Source of the DNA: an uncultured Candidatus Saccharibacteria bacterium
GTDB lineage: Bacteria; Patescibacteriota; Saccharimonadia; Saccharimonadales; CAZPPF01
Direction of reading: 5' to 3'
Length of the DNA: 63,674 nt
Assembly (NCBI GenBank): GCA_964588395.1
Contig: CAZPPF010000001.1
Span: 6,656-70,329 of the forward strand
The notes under the pieces were generated by a model. That model was given only the letters and a program-made list of their open reading frames with translations. It did no database searches and was not told where the DNA came from. Below are positions 45,252-54,862 of the stretch, piece by piece. The position numbers and the translations under genes are program-made. Positions within the stretch are counted from its first letter, which is position 1. The number at the start of each line of letters is the position of its first letter.

Positions 45252-48200
45252 ATGCCAGAGAAAAAAACACTTGTACCAAGTGATTATGTGCATCTGCATA
45301 ATCACACACAATATAGCTTGCTCGACGGACTAACAAAAATTCCGCCCCTGATAGATAGTGTCAAGAAAATGGGCATGGAGTCAGTAGCCATTACCGACCA
45401 TGGCACACTATCAGGTGCCATTGAATTTTATAAAACGGCAGAAAGCGAAGGAGTGAAGCCTATTATTGGTATGGAAACCTATGTTGCACCAAGAGGCTAT
45501 ACCGATAGAGATCCAACCAAAGACAAAACTCCATTTCACCTGACTCTGCTGGCTATGAATAACACTGGGTATCAGAACCTCATGCGTTTGAGCACTATCG
45601 CGAATCTCGAGGGATTTTATTATCGACCAAGAGTCGACCATGAACTGCTCGAAAAATATAATGAAGGCATTATTGTTCTTTCGGGTTGTATTGGAGGAGA
45701 GATTGGTGATGCTTTGCGGCAAGACCAATATGAACTAGCAATAAAAATCGCCTCTTGGTATAAAAAAATATTCGGTGATCGATATTATTTGGAGATACAA
45801 GATCATGGCCATCCTAAACACCCTTTACCATGGCAAGAGCAGGTAGCTGTAAACGAACAGATTTTTAGTTTAGGACATGAACTTAATATTCCTTGCGTAG
45901 TAACTTGTGACGCTCATTATCTGAAACATGAAGACCAAGAGGCACACGAGATTTTATTATGTGTGCAAACAGGGTCTTTCCTTACCGATGAAAAACGTAT
46001 GAGTCTGAAGGATTTCGAGTTGCATGTGACTGATCCAAAAGAAATTATAAAACGTTGGGGGAAAGATAAACCTGAAGTAATCAAAAATACTCGTGCTATT
46101 GCTGATCGATGTAAGGTTGAGATTGGGCTCGGAAATATTTTAAAGTCGAGTTTTCCAGTTCCAACAAAAGAAACGGAGAAAAACTATCTTGAGCGTCTTG
46201 TATATCAAGGGCTTGCATATAGATATGCAGATGTAGGCGAAGCAAAGAGCGTCTCCTTAACTGTTGCTGCAGCAAAAAAACTACTATCAAAAGAAGTTCT
46301 GGGACGAGCAGAGTATGAATTGGATGTTATAGAGCGAATGGGTTTCGGAGGCTACTTTTTGATTGTTCACGACTTTATAAAATGGGGCAAGGACCGTGGG
46401 GTTATTTTTGGGCCAGGGCGCGGAAGTGGTGCTGCTTCGATAGTTGCATACGGACTTAAAATTACAGAAATAGAACCCCTCACCTATGGCCTACTCTTTG
46501 AAAGGTTTTTAAACCCAGATCGTATATCGATGCCTGATTTTGACATTGATATCCAAGACTCACGCCGGGATGAAGTTATTCAATATTGTGTTGATAAATA
46601 TGGCAAAGAAAGAGTTGCTAATATCGTGACCTTTGGTCGTATGGCCGCCCGAAATGCTGTCCGTGATGTTGCTAGAGTTCTGCAGGTGCCCTATGCTGAT
46701 GCTGATCGCTTGGCCAAGATGATCCCCCCACCTGTTCAAGGTAGACATATACCCCTTGAGAAATCCATCAAAGAAAATTCTGAACTAAAACACGAATATC
46801 GTAATAACGACACAGCTAAACGTGTGTTTGATCTAGCGACGCAATTGGAAGGAACTATTCGGTCGCACGGGGTACATGCTGCTGGTGTAGTCATCGCACC
46901 GGACGACATAGTTAAGTTTACACCGCTCGAAATGGCTCAAAAAGGTGTGATTGCTACGCAATACTCGATGGGACCAATTGAAGATCTCGGACTACTTAAA
47001 ATTGACTTCTTGGGATTATCCAACCTAACAGTTATTAAAAATGCATTGAGAATCGTAAAAAAAGTTTACGATAAGGATATTGATATAGATAGTGTCCCTC
47101 TTGATGATAAGCAAACTTTTGAGCTCTTACAGCGTGGCGATACAACTGGTGTTTTCCAACTCGAATCGTCTGGCATGAAACGATACTTAAAGGAGCTTAT
47201 GCCAACACAGTTCGATGACATAATTGCCATGGTGTCACTTTATCGTCCTGGTCCTATCCAAGAGATCCCACGTTTTATTGAAGGCAAGCATAATGCAGCA
47301 TCGATCAGCTATTTACACGATTCACTGGAGCCGATTTTACAAGAAACCTATGGGGTAATGGTCTACCAGGAGCAAATTATTAAACTTCTTCAACTGGTCG
47401 CTGGATATTCGCCTGGCGAAGCTGATCTCGTTAGAAAAGCTATTGGTAAGAAAAAGCGTGAAATTATGAGAGCTGAAGAACCAAAGTTCATAAATGGCTG
47501 TATTCGTCAGGGCCTAACTGAAAAGCAAGCTAACCAACTTTGGGACCAAATCCAGCCGTTTGCTGACTACTCGTTTAATAAAGCGCACGCTACTTGTTAT
47601 GCTCAGATTGCTTACCAGACAGCCTATCTAAAAGCGCACTATCCCGAAGCCTTTATGGCGGCGCTTATGACGAGTGATTTTGACAATATTGATCGTTTGG
47701 CAATTGAAATTAACGAGTGTAAGCACATGGGCATAGAAGTCTTGCCACCAGATGTTAATGAGTCATTTGTAGAGTTTGCGGTTGTGCCAGGGAACCACCA
47801 AATTCGTTTTGGACTTGCAGCAATTAAAAACGTTGGTACCGGGGCGGTCGAGGAAATCCTGCGAGCTCGAGAAGAAGGACAGTTTGCTAGCCTCGAAGAT
47901 TTTCTCACGAAAGTGAATATTCGAGTCGTTAATCGAAAAGCAATCGAAAGTCTTATAAAATCTGGTGCATTTGATCAGTTTGTAGACCGCAGTCAGCTTC
48001 TGCATAATATTGATGTCGTAATGGCATATGCCCAGCGTATTCAAAAAGAGCGTAATGATGGTCAAACGGACTTGTTTGGCAATTCGCTCGATGATTCTCA
48101 GGCATTGGCACCTCGATTGGTTCTAGATACCGATGTAGTTGCATACACATTACGAGAACAGCTACAGTGGGAGCGTGATCTTCTTGGTATTTACTTATCA

Positions 48201-48866
48201 CAGCACCCTTTACAGACTTACGAGACGTATCTCAAACATAAAACAACCAGTATAGATGCAATCACGACAAAACTGGCTGGTCGAACTGTGACAGTTGGTG
48301 GGGCTATTAGTGAAGTACGAGAGATAACGACCAAAAATGGTCAAAAAATGGCTTTCGTGAAGCTAGCTGACATGAATTCGGAGATTGAACTGCTGCTGTT
48401 TCCAAAATCTTATGATTCAACAAGTGGTATATGGGAGCGTGACCGGATTGTTCTGGTGAAAGGACAAGTCTCAACTCGTGGTCGAGACGGTACTGATGGT
48501 AATGAACCAAAAATAATGGTAGCTGAGGCCAAGGAAGTTACTCCTGATGAAATCGGCAATGTGCAAAATGAAGAAAACGCATTGCCCGCAAGCGTTACCT
48601 CACAAACAATATTTGCGAGTTTGCCAAACGCAACAGAATTAAACCAACGACTGTATATTCGCTTGCAAAGCAGCGAAGATCAAAATATATTAATGTCGCT
48701 TAAACAGACCATTGATCAGCACCAGGGTGATACTGAAGTTGTATTGGTGCTTGGTTCAAATGAACAGAAACAGGCGATTAAATTGCCGCTTGGCATTAAC
48801 AGGAGCGATGAAGTGCTATCTCAACTTGAGACATTAGTCGGGAAAACAAACGTTAAGTTGCACTAA
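45252..48866 (+). CDS. dnaE: DNA polymerase III alpha subunit
   Basis: PHP domain (HLHNHTQYSLLDG), polymerase core (GPGRGSGAASIV, PDFDIDI), HhH and OB domains; 1204 aa. Confidence 0.97.
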   Translation: MPEKKTLVPSDYVHLHNHTQYSLLDGLTKIPPLIDSVKKMGMESVAITDHGTLSGAIEFYKTAESEGVKPIIGMETYVAPRGYTDRDPTKDKTPFHLTLLAMNNTGYQNLMRLSTIANLEGFYYRPRVDHELLEKYNEGIIVLSGCIGGEIGDALRQDQYELAIKIASWYKKIFGDRYYLEIQDHGHPKHPLPWQEQVAVNEQIFSLGHELNIPCVVTCDAHYLKHEDQEAHEILLCVQTGSFLTDEKRMSLKDFELHVTDPKEIIKRWGKDKPEVIKNTRAIADRCKVEIGLGNILKSSFPVPTKETEKNYLERLVYQGLAYRYADVGEAKSVSLTVAAAKKLLSKEVLGRAEYELDVIERMGFGGYFLIVHDFIKWGKDRGVIFGPGRGSGAASIVAYGLKITEIEPLTYGLLFERFLNPDRISMPDFDIDIQDSRRDEVIQYCVDKYGKERVANIVTFGRMAARNAVRDVARVLQVPYADADRLAKMIPPPVQGRHIPLEKSIKENSELKHEYRNNDTAKRVFDLATQLEGTIRSHGVHAAGVVIAPDDIVKFTPLEMAQKGVIATQYSMGPIEDLGLLKIDFLGLSNLTVIKNALRIVKKVYDKDIDIDSVPLDDKQTFELLQRGDTTGVFQLESSGMKRYLKELMPTQFDDIIAMVSLYRPGPIQEIPRFIEGKHNAASISYLHDSLEPILQETYGVMVYQEQIIKLLQLVAGYSPGEADLVRKAIGKKKREIMRAEEPKFINGCIRQGLTEKQANQLWDQIQPFADYSFNKAHATCYAQIAYQTAYLKAHYPEAFMAALMTSDFDNIDRLAIEINECKHMGIEVLPPDVNESFVEFAVVPGNHQIRFGLAAIKNVGTGAVEEILRAREEGQFASLEDFLTKVNIRVVNRKAIESLIKSGAFDQFVDRSQLLHNIDVVMAYAQRIQKERNDGQTDLFGNSLDDSQALAPRLVLDTDVVAYTLREQLQWERDLLGIYLSQHPLQTYETYLKHKTTSIDAITTKLAGRTVTVGGAISEVREITTKNGQKMAFVKLADMNSEIELLLFPKSYDSTSGIWERDRIVLVKGQVSTRGRDGTDGNEPKIMVAEAKEVTPDEIGNVQNEENALPASVTSQTIFASLPNATELNQRLYIRLQSSEDQNILMSLKQTIDQHQGDTEVVLVLGSNEQKQAIKLPLGINRSDEVLSQLETLVGKTNVKLH

Positions 48867-49891
48867 CGAATAACTCCAGCAGACTGCGAGACAACCAAAC
48901 ACAGACCCACGAGGCTCACAATAGTAAGATCGAATACCATATGGTGCAACACATAGCGTTCACTGTGTACGATCCAACGGCGGATACCAATTGCATGACG
49001 GATTGCAAATACACTGACACCCACAAGTGCAACTATTGATGCAAATGATGACATCCAGGGCAGTTCACCTCGGCTGAGCACACCAAATCTCGAAACATTT
49101 TTTGCCGCCGGCTCATTTTGTTTGGTTGGTGTATTTTCCGTTGTAACTGGTTGAGTAGCTGCGGGTTTTTCTTCACTGGCTGTGGGTGTAGATTCTGCGA
49201 CTGGGGTAGGAGCAGGTGCAGCGACTGGTGCAGTTTGTTCTGCTGCTTTGGTCTGAGGTTGTGAAACCGGGGTGCTTGGTGCTGCTACTGGGGCAGGAGC
49301 TGCTGCAACCGGAGCGGCATATTCAGCTACCACAACCGTTTGGGGACCACTGTTATTAAAGTCAGGACTGTTGGCAAAGCCAAAACCTACGTCCTTGAAA
49401 GCACTGTCAAGTAAGTTTGCTTTATGCGCCGGACTATTCATCCAACCGATTATCGTATCATCACTCGTAGCAAAACCGTAAGCTAAGTTTTCTCCCGCTT
49501 TAGTGTAGCTATAGCCGGCATTTGAAATAAAAACCCAAGGTGGATTACCTTCAGGGGTATTATGTGACCAATAATTTCGGGTGACCATGTCGTTGGCTTT
49601 TGTTTGAGCGGCAGAATTAAGCTTGCTGTTTAAGTTGAGAGAAGCCACACCGTTGGCATTTCGTTGTTGATTGGTGGCTGACAATAATCCAGAAATACTC
49701 ATTTCAGTTGAGTAGGCCAAAACACCACGGCGAGCATGTGGCTGCCACGAGGCGCTGAACACCAATCCAATCAAGACCACCATAACAAATGGCAAATAAG
49801 GCCAATATATTTTGACGAAGTCTTTGGTGTGTTTTTGGTGTTTGCCGTGTCGTTTTTGTGTGTGTCTGGACGGCTGGTTTCGCGCGACCAT
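48863..49891 (-). CDS. CAP/SCP (PR-1-like) domain membrane protein with a Pro/Ala-rich linker
   Basis: N-terminal TM helix. CAP motifs NYWSHNTP, GENLAYG and GWMNSPAHKANLL. A PA-rich linker and C-terminal TM helices follow. Confidence 0.75.
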   Translation of the reverse strand: MVARNQPSRHTQKRHGKHQKHTKDFVKIYWPYLPFVMVVLIGLVFSASWQPHARRGVLAYSTEMSISGLLSATNQQRNANGVASLNLNSKLNSAAQTKANDMVTRNYWSHNTPEGNPPWVFISNAGYSYTKAGENLAYGFATSDDTIIGWMNSPAHKANLLDSAFKDVGFGFANSPDFNNSGPQTVVVAEYAAPVAAAPAPVAAPSTPVSQPQTKAAEQTAPVAAPAPTPVAESTPTASEEKPAATQPVTTENTPTKQNEPAAKNVSRFGVLSRGELPWMSSFASIVALVGVSVFAIRHAIGIRRWIVHSERYVLHHMVFDLTIVSLVGLCLVVSQSAGVIR

Positions 49892-49913
49892 AATGGTTAT
49901 ACTTTACATGTTT

Positions 49914-50408
49914 TTAGCGGAACTGGCAATAACTTAGGAAAATAGCTGCTGCCACAGCAACATTGAATGATTCTTTATAGCCAGACATTGGAATTTCGAC
50001 AATTTGATCGCAGAAGTCTAACACTTCGCTTTCAATTCCTTCGACTTCGCGACCAATGATTATTGCCAACTTTTCTGGTGACACGAACTTTGTCATGGGC
50101 AAAGACGTGGGTGCTTGCTCAAGTGCAACAACTTTATGCTTATCCATGCGAAGCTTTGTAATGACATCTTTGATACTGGCGTCGTGATGCCAGGAAACCG
50201 TAGTTTCTGCCCCAAGTGCAGTTTTATGAATTTGGGCATCAATTTTTCGAGATATATGTGGCAAACGCGTGTCATTTTGATCATGCGGATATGGAGTGTA
50301 ACCTGTCAAAAACACCTCGTTTACACCAAGTCCATCAGCCGTGCGTAGCAAAGAGCCCACATTGTGGGCACTCCGTATGTTATGAACAATTAAAACCATC
50401 GATTTCAT
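49914..50408 (-). CDS. SpoU/TrmH-family RNA 2'-O-methyltransferase
   Basis: HNIRSAHNVGSLLRTADGLGV, IIGREVEGI and IPMSGYKESFNVAVAAAI. Confidence 0.85.
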   Translation of the reverse strand: MKSMVLIVHNIRSAHNVGSLLRTADGLGVNEVFLTGYTPYPHDQNDTRLPHISRKIDAQIHKTALGAETTVSWHHDASIKDVITKLRMDKHKVVALEQAPTSLPMTKFVSPEKLAIIIGREVEGIESEVLDFCDQIVEIPMSGYKESFNVAVAAAIFLSYCQFR

Positions 50409-50435
50409 GCTTTCTCAGTTTATCACCTTAGTGTT

Positions 50436-50485
50436 TTATACATTCCTCCTCCGCTAGGTCCTCGCTATCGCTGCGGAGACGCCTC
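50436..50485 (-). repeat. 50-bp GC-rich hairpin-containing element, copy B (inverted relative to copy A)
   Basis: The reverse complement reads GAGGCGTCTCCGCAGCGATAGCGAGGACCTAGCGGAGGAGGAATGTATAA. It lies 27 nt 5' of the TrmH-like start codon. Confidence 0.8.
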
Positions 50486-50547
50486 AGACGAACGTTTAAA
50501 ACCCTAAACACATAAAACCTTACTAGCCTAAATTGCTTATGATTCTA

Positions 50548-50553
50548 TATACT
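50548..50553 (+). promoter_or_regulatory. -10 box TATACT placed for a leaderless pilB mRNA
   Basis: The box ends at 50553 and the ATG begins at 50560, a 7-nt offset. Confidence 0.45.
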
Positions 50554-50559
50554 AGAGTT

Positions 50560-52161
50560 ATGAGTCAAGATGCTCGGTTGGACGAGGAGCAAGCTACTGC
50601 CAGACGTGCCCGTATTCTGAACATGAACTACGTCGATACGTCGCAAATGGCATCAAAACCTTTGTATAAGGAAGTGATGTCATTTGAAGAAATGACACGA
50701 CTAAGAGTTGTACCCTTGCAGGCAGATGACCATAACATCAATTTTGGAATTACAACCACTACATCTCAACAGACGATGACTAACATTCGCCAGCAGTATC
50801 AAGACCAGCGAATTAGCTATAATCTTATTTCAGACGCAGGTTTTCGCGAGTATATGCGCTTGTATAATCCACCGCGCCAAGTGGTGTATCAAGATATTGA
50901 ACTCACAACAGCCGGCACACAAGAATTAATTGAGCAAGTTTCTACTACTTTGGCACAAGTACGTGCTGACGATATGCTGGCGTACTTGGTTCAGCAAGCT
51001 CACAAACTGGCTGCATCGGATATTCATCTAGAAAACCAAAAGGATATGATTAGAATTCGTTTTCGAATTGATGGTGTGTTGCATGCGGTGGCTCATTTAG
51101 CTCCTGACAAGTACCGGATTCTTATTTCAGCTATCGCCAGTGCTGCCAACGTCTCAACTGCTGCTAATGATGCTCAGCAAGGTCACATTGCCCAGCATGT
51201 GCGTATGGCCGACAATGAAGAAGTAGACATAAACCTACGTGTAGAAACTGTACCTGCCATCAACGGCATAGACGTCGTAATGCGTTTATTTAATATGCGA
51301 CAAGATATGTATACACTTGATCGACTTGGACTATCTGCTAAGGAACGCGCGATTGTGGATGATATTATCAAAAAACCGACCGGGCTTGTTTTGGCGGTAG
51401 GGCCAACTGGATCGGGTAAGACCACGACATTGTATTCCATTCTGAACTCTTTAAATAGTGAAGAGCGCAAAATCATTACTATTGAAGATCCAGTGGAATA
51501 CCAGTTTGAAGGCATCACCCAAATATCAGTCACAAGCCAAAATAGCCAAGAAACCAATTTTGCCGAGAAATTACGTGCGGTTCTGCGACTTGATCCAGAT
51601 ATTGTGATGGTTGGAGAGATCCGTGATGGAGACACGGCCAAGACCTCATTGCAGGCTGCATTAACAGGGCATTTAGTGTTATCAACATTTCACGCCGGGT
51701 CGGCAGCAGCTGCGCTGGCTCGCTTGATTGACGTTATTAGTGAAAACCCACTATTTCTGTCTGCCATTCGGCTCATTATGGCCCAGCGTTTAGTTAGACG
51801 GTTAGAGGATACGACCAAACAAGTTTATCAACCCGATGAAGCAACCCGAGCAACGCTAAGGACCATTATTGATTCATTACCACCTGGCGTCGATAAGCCA
51901 GATATTAATACGATTCAGTTGTATAAGCCTGGCAAGTCAGCCGAGAATCCTTATGGCTACAAGGGACAGGTAGCCCTTCGTGAACAATTCTTAATGACCG
52001 ATAACATCCGACATTTATTACAAACAGATATACGGCTTTCGGCCCAAGATATTGAGAAAGCTGCTGTGCAGGGTGGTATGACGACAATGCTTCAAGATGG
52101 CATTCTCAAGGCCATCGCTGGTGAAACAACACTCGAAGAAATTTTCCGCGTCTTAGGCTAA
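50560..52161 (+). CDS. pilB: Type IV pilus / type II secretion assembly ATPase (PilB/GspE family)
   Basis: T2SSE N-domain, Walker A GPTGSGKTTT, Asp box, Walker B DPDIVMVGEIRD and His box. Confidence 0.9.
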   Translation: MSQDARLDEEQATARRARILNMNYVDTSQMASKPLYKEVMSFEEMTRLRVVPLQADDHNINFGITTTTSQQTMTNIRQQYQDQRISYNLISDAGFREYMRLYNPPRQVVYQDIELTTAGTQELIEQVSTTLAQVRADDMLAYLVQQAHKLAASDIHLENQKDMIRIRFRIDGVLHAVAHLAPDKYRILISAIASAANVSTAANDAQQGHIAQHVRMADNEEVDINLRVETVPAINGIDVVMRLFNMRQDMYTLDRLGLSAKERAIVDDIIKKPTGLVLAVGPTGSGKTTTLYSILNSLNSEERKIITIEDPVEYQFEGITQISVTSQNSQETNFAEKLRAVLRLDPDIVMVGEIRDGDTAKTSLQAALTGHLVLSTFHAGSAAAALARLIDVISENPLFLSAIRLIMAQRLVRRLEDTTKQVYQPDEATRATLRTIIDSLPPGVDKPDINTIQLYKPGKSAENPYGYKGQVALREQFLMTDNIRHLLQTDIRLSAQDIEKAAVQGGMTTMLQDGILKAIAGETTLEEIFRVLG

Positions 52162-53291
52162 GTAATAACTTTAGCAATAGAGGGGACAAGGCGAGGGTCT
52201 AGGACACTGGGGATAATCTCATCAGCCGTTGGGTTCTCTACCAATCCTGCAATAACCTCTGCGGCTGCGACTTTGTGTTGATCGGTAATTTTATGAACGC
52301 GGTTATCTAGAGCTCCGCGGAATATGCCGGGGAAGGCGAGGGCATTGTTGACCTGATTAGGAAAATCACTACGGCCAGTGGCAATCACGGCTACTCCAGC
52401 TTTTTTTGCTTCACTGGGCATTATTTCTGGTACAGGATTTGCCATGGCAAATATTACTGGATCCTTGGCCATGGTCTTGATCATTTCAGGTGTAAGTAAG
52501 CCGGGTTGTGAAACACCAATGAATATATCGGCACCCTGAATAACGTCTTCGAGTGAGCCATCAATACTAGATAAATTCGTATATTCGAGCAATTTTTTCT
52601 TTTCGTCATTAATGTCTTTACGATTTGGGCTCACAATTCCTTTACTATCTACGACAAACATTCTTGGCTTAGCGTAGAGATGTAGCAGTTTAATGACTGC
52701 AGTGCCGGCAGCTCCGGCCCCAACAACGACAATCTTGGCGTCCTCAAGCTTTTTGCCAACTACCTTCATGGCATTGATAAGCCCAGCCAAAACTACCACA
52801 GCTGTACCGTGTTGATCATCGTGCATCACTGGAATATCAAGCACGGCTTTAATTCTTTCTTCAACCGCAAAGCATAATGGTGCGGCAAAATCCTCTAAGT
52901 TTATACCACCGAAGCTCGGTGCAATCGCGGTAACGGCAGCTACAATTTCATCAGCAGTATGTACATCAAGCACAATCGGTACAGCATCAATATTTGCGAA
53001 GTGTTTGAACAGCATAGCTTTACCCTCCATGACAGGCAAAGCCCCATATGGACCAATATTACCGAGTCCTAGTACCGCCGAACCGTCGCTAATCACAGCC
53101 ACGCTGTTATTGAGCCAGGTATAGTCGCGGGCTTCATCGGGATGCTCTGCAACGTAACTTGAAACCGCAGCCACTCCCGGTGTGTAGTAGGTGCTCAACT
53201 TGTCTTTGGTATCAAGCTTATCTTTAAGCTTTACCTCCAATTTACCCTTTAACTCTTTGTGCTTTTTCAGAGCCTCTTCACCATAGTTCAT
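52158..53291 (-). CDS. NAD(P)-dependent malic enzyme
   Basis: TPGVA, VISDGSAVLGLGNIG, VVVGAGAAG and the C-terminal ALAFPGIFRGALD. Confidence 0.9.
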   Translation of the reverse strand: MNYGEEALKKHKELKGKLEVKLKDKLDTKDKLSTYYTPGVAAVSSYVAEHPDEARDYTWLNNSVAVISDGSAVLGLGNIGPYGALPVMEGKAMLFKHFANIDAVPIVLDVHTADEIVAAVTAIAPSFGGINLEDFAAPLCFAVEERIKAVLDIPVMHDDQHGTAVVVLAGLINAMKVVGKKLEDAKIVVVGAGAAGTAVIKLLHLYAKPRMFVVDSKGIVSPNRKDINDEKKKLLEYTNLSSIDGSLEDVIQGADIFIGVSQPGLLTPEMIKTMAKDPVIFAMANPVPEIMPSEAKKAGVAVIATGRSDFPNQVNNALAFPGIFRGALDNRVHKITDQHKVAAAEVIAGLVENPTADEIIPSVLDPRLVPSIAKVIT

Positions 53292-53392
53292 GACTTTATT
53301 GTACGTTATTTCCTGGCATCAGACAGTTTTATTCATACAACAGGGGGTGAACACTTGTTTTGAGGCCAAAAATAGTGTAGAATCATTTGGTT

Positions 53393-53932
53393 ATGCCATC
53401 TGTTATAGAGCAAATTGAGGCGAAGTATCAAAAGAAGCAAGTCGTTGATGTGCGGCCTGGTGATACTGTTCGCGTGCACCAAAAGATTCGTGAAGGCAAC
53501 AAAGAGCGCGTTCAGATTTTTGAAGGTTTAGTTATTCGCGTTAGCCGCAAAAATAGCCATACTTCATCCATTACCGTTCGTCGCATTGCTAGCGGCGTGG
53601 GCGTAGAAAAGATGTACATGTTGCACTCGCCACTCGTTTTGAAAGTTGAAGTTACCAAGCGTAGTAAAGTCCGCCGCAATTACCTAACCTACATGCGCCA
53701 GCGCACCGGTAAATCTGCTCGACTTACGGGTGTTGATTTTGATAAAGAAGCTGTTAACACTGTTCACGATGCTGAAGCTGAAGCTGAGGAAGAGAAGCTA
53801 AAAGAAGAAGTAGCTAAGCAAGCTGAAGCTGACGCTGAAAAGAAGGCTGAAGAAGACGCTAAACTTGAAGCTAAGGCCGAAGCAGCAATTGCTGCACACG
53901 AAGAAACTCCTGAAGAAAAACCTGCTGAATAG
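53393..53932 (+). CDS. rplS: 50S ribosomal protein L19 with a ~65-aa Ala/Glu/Lys-rich C-terminal extension
   Basis: The L19 core is present (RPGDTVRVHQKIREGNKERVQIFEGLVI..RRIASGVGVEKMY..SP). The tail is AEAEAEEEKLKEE..PAE. A TAGAAT box lies 10 nt upstream of the ATG. Confidence 0.9.
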   Translation: MPSVIEQIEAKYQKKQVVDVRPGDTVRVHQKIREGNKERVQIFEGLVIRVSRKNSHTSSITVRRIASGVGVEKMYMLHSPLVLKVEVTKRSKVRRNYLTYMRQRTGKSARLTGVDFDKEAVNTVHDAEAEAEEEKLKEEVAKQAEADAEKKAEEDAKLEAKAEAAIAAHEETPEEKPAE

Positions 53933-53954
53933 TTAATCTGTTATTATTGTAATC

Positions 53955-54521
53955 ATGAAAGTCGTCATTGGCATTGACGAAGTGGGACGAGGTTCTTGGG
54001 CCGGACCCTTATTAGTGGTGGCGGCTTATGCTCAAAAAACTCTGCCAACAGGCCTGGATGACTCAAAAGTTTTATCTGCCACAAAGCGACAGAGCCTACT
54101 ACCAGAAATTGAGGCAACCTGTGTTGTTGGTGAAGGCTGGGTGCAATCGGAAGAAATTGACGAATTAGGACTCACTAAAGCTATGCAACTTGGTGTCGCG
54201 CGGGCTCTGCTTGGACTTGGTGCAGAGAGTAACGCAGAAATTATCATGGATGGGCATATCAACTATTGTCCGGAAGAGTTCACTAATGTTTTGCCCATAG
54301 TCAATGCCGACAAAACCCATCCAATAGTGAGTGCCGCTAGTATCTATGCCAAAGTAAAACGTGACGAACACATGAAGCGTCTGGCTCTTATCTACCCAGA
54401 ATATGCCTTTGATAAACATGTTGGTTATGGCACAGAACTCCACAGGATAATGCTCAAAAATTATGGGCCCAGCCGAATCCACCGTCGTTCCTATAAACCG
54501 GTGCAAGCCTATTTGGTATGA
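53955..54521 (+). CDS. rnhB: Ribonuclease HII
   Basis: GIDEVGRGSWAGPL, DSK and SAASIYAKVKRD. Confidence 0.9.
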   Translation: MKVVIGIDEVGRGSWAGPLLVVAAYAQKTLPTGLDDSKVLSATKRQSLLPEIEATCVVGEGWVQSEEIDELGLTKAMQLGVARALLGLGAESNAEIIMDGHINYCPEEFTNVLPIVNADKTHPIVSAASIYAKVKRDEHMKRLALIYPEYAFDKHVGYGTELHRIMLKNYGPSRIHRRSYKPVQAYLV

Positions 54522-54862
54522 CGAACTTTGCAAACGGACGTGAAGCGGAAGCAGCAGCCGCACGTTATTTGGAGGAACATGGCTATAAAGTGGTAGAGCA
54601 GAATTGGCGCACCCGCTGGTGTGAAATTGATATTGTGGCGCAAAAAGCCAACACGGTTTACTTAGTTGAAGTTAAGTACCGACGTACAACGTTTCAGGGA
54701 ACAGGATTAGATTACATTACACCCACGAAGTTACGACAGATGAGCTTTGCTGCAGAATTTTGGGTGCAATCTCACCGCTGGCCTGGTGATTATGGTTTGG
54801 CTGCCATTGAAGTGAGCGGCCCAAACTACGAAGTTACAAATTTTTTGCCTGAGCTTTCGTGA
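54518..54862 (+). CDS. YraN-family (UPF0102) endonuclease-like protein
   Basis: GREAEAAAARYLEEHGYKVVEQNWR..EIDIVA..VEVKYR. Confidence 0.85.
   Translation: MTNFANGREAEAAAARYLEEHGYKVVEQNWRTRWCEIDIVAQKANTVYLVEVKYRRTTFQGTGLDYITPTKLRQMSFAAEFWVQSHRWPGDYGLAAIEVSGPNYEVTNFLPELS

Noticed and set aside
44121-50485. The two inverted 50-bp repeats as ends of a composite transposon or recombinase-driven invertible segment.
   Set aside because: There is no transposase, integrase or invertase between or beside them. The enclosed genes are core genes (dnaE, TrmH-like). No target-site duplication is visible. Homologous-recombination inversion remains possible, and I mention it only as such.
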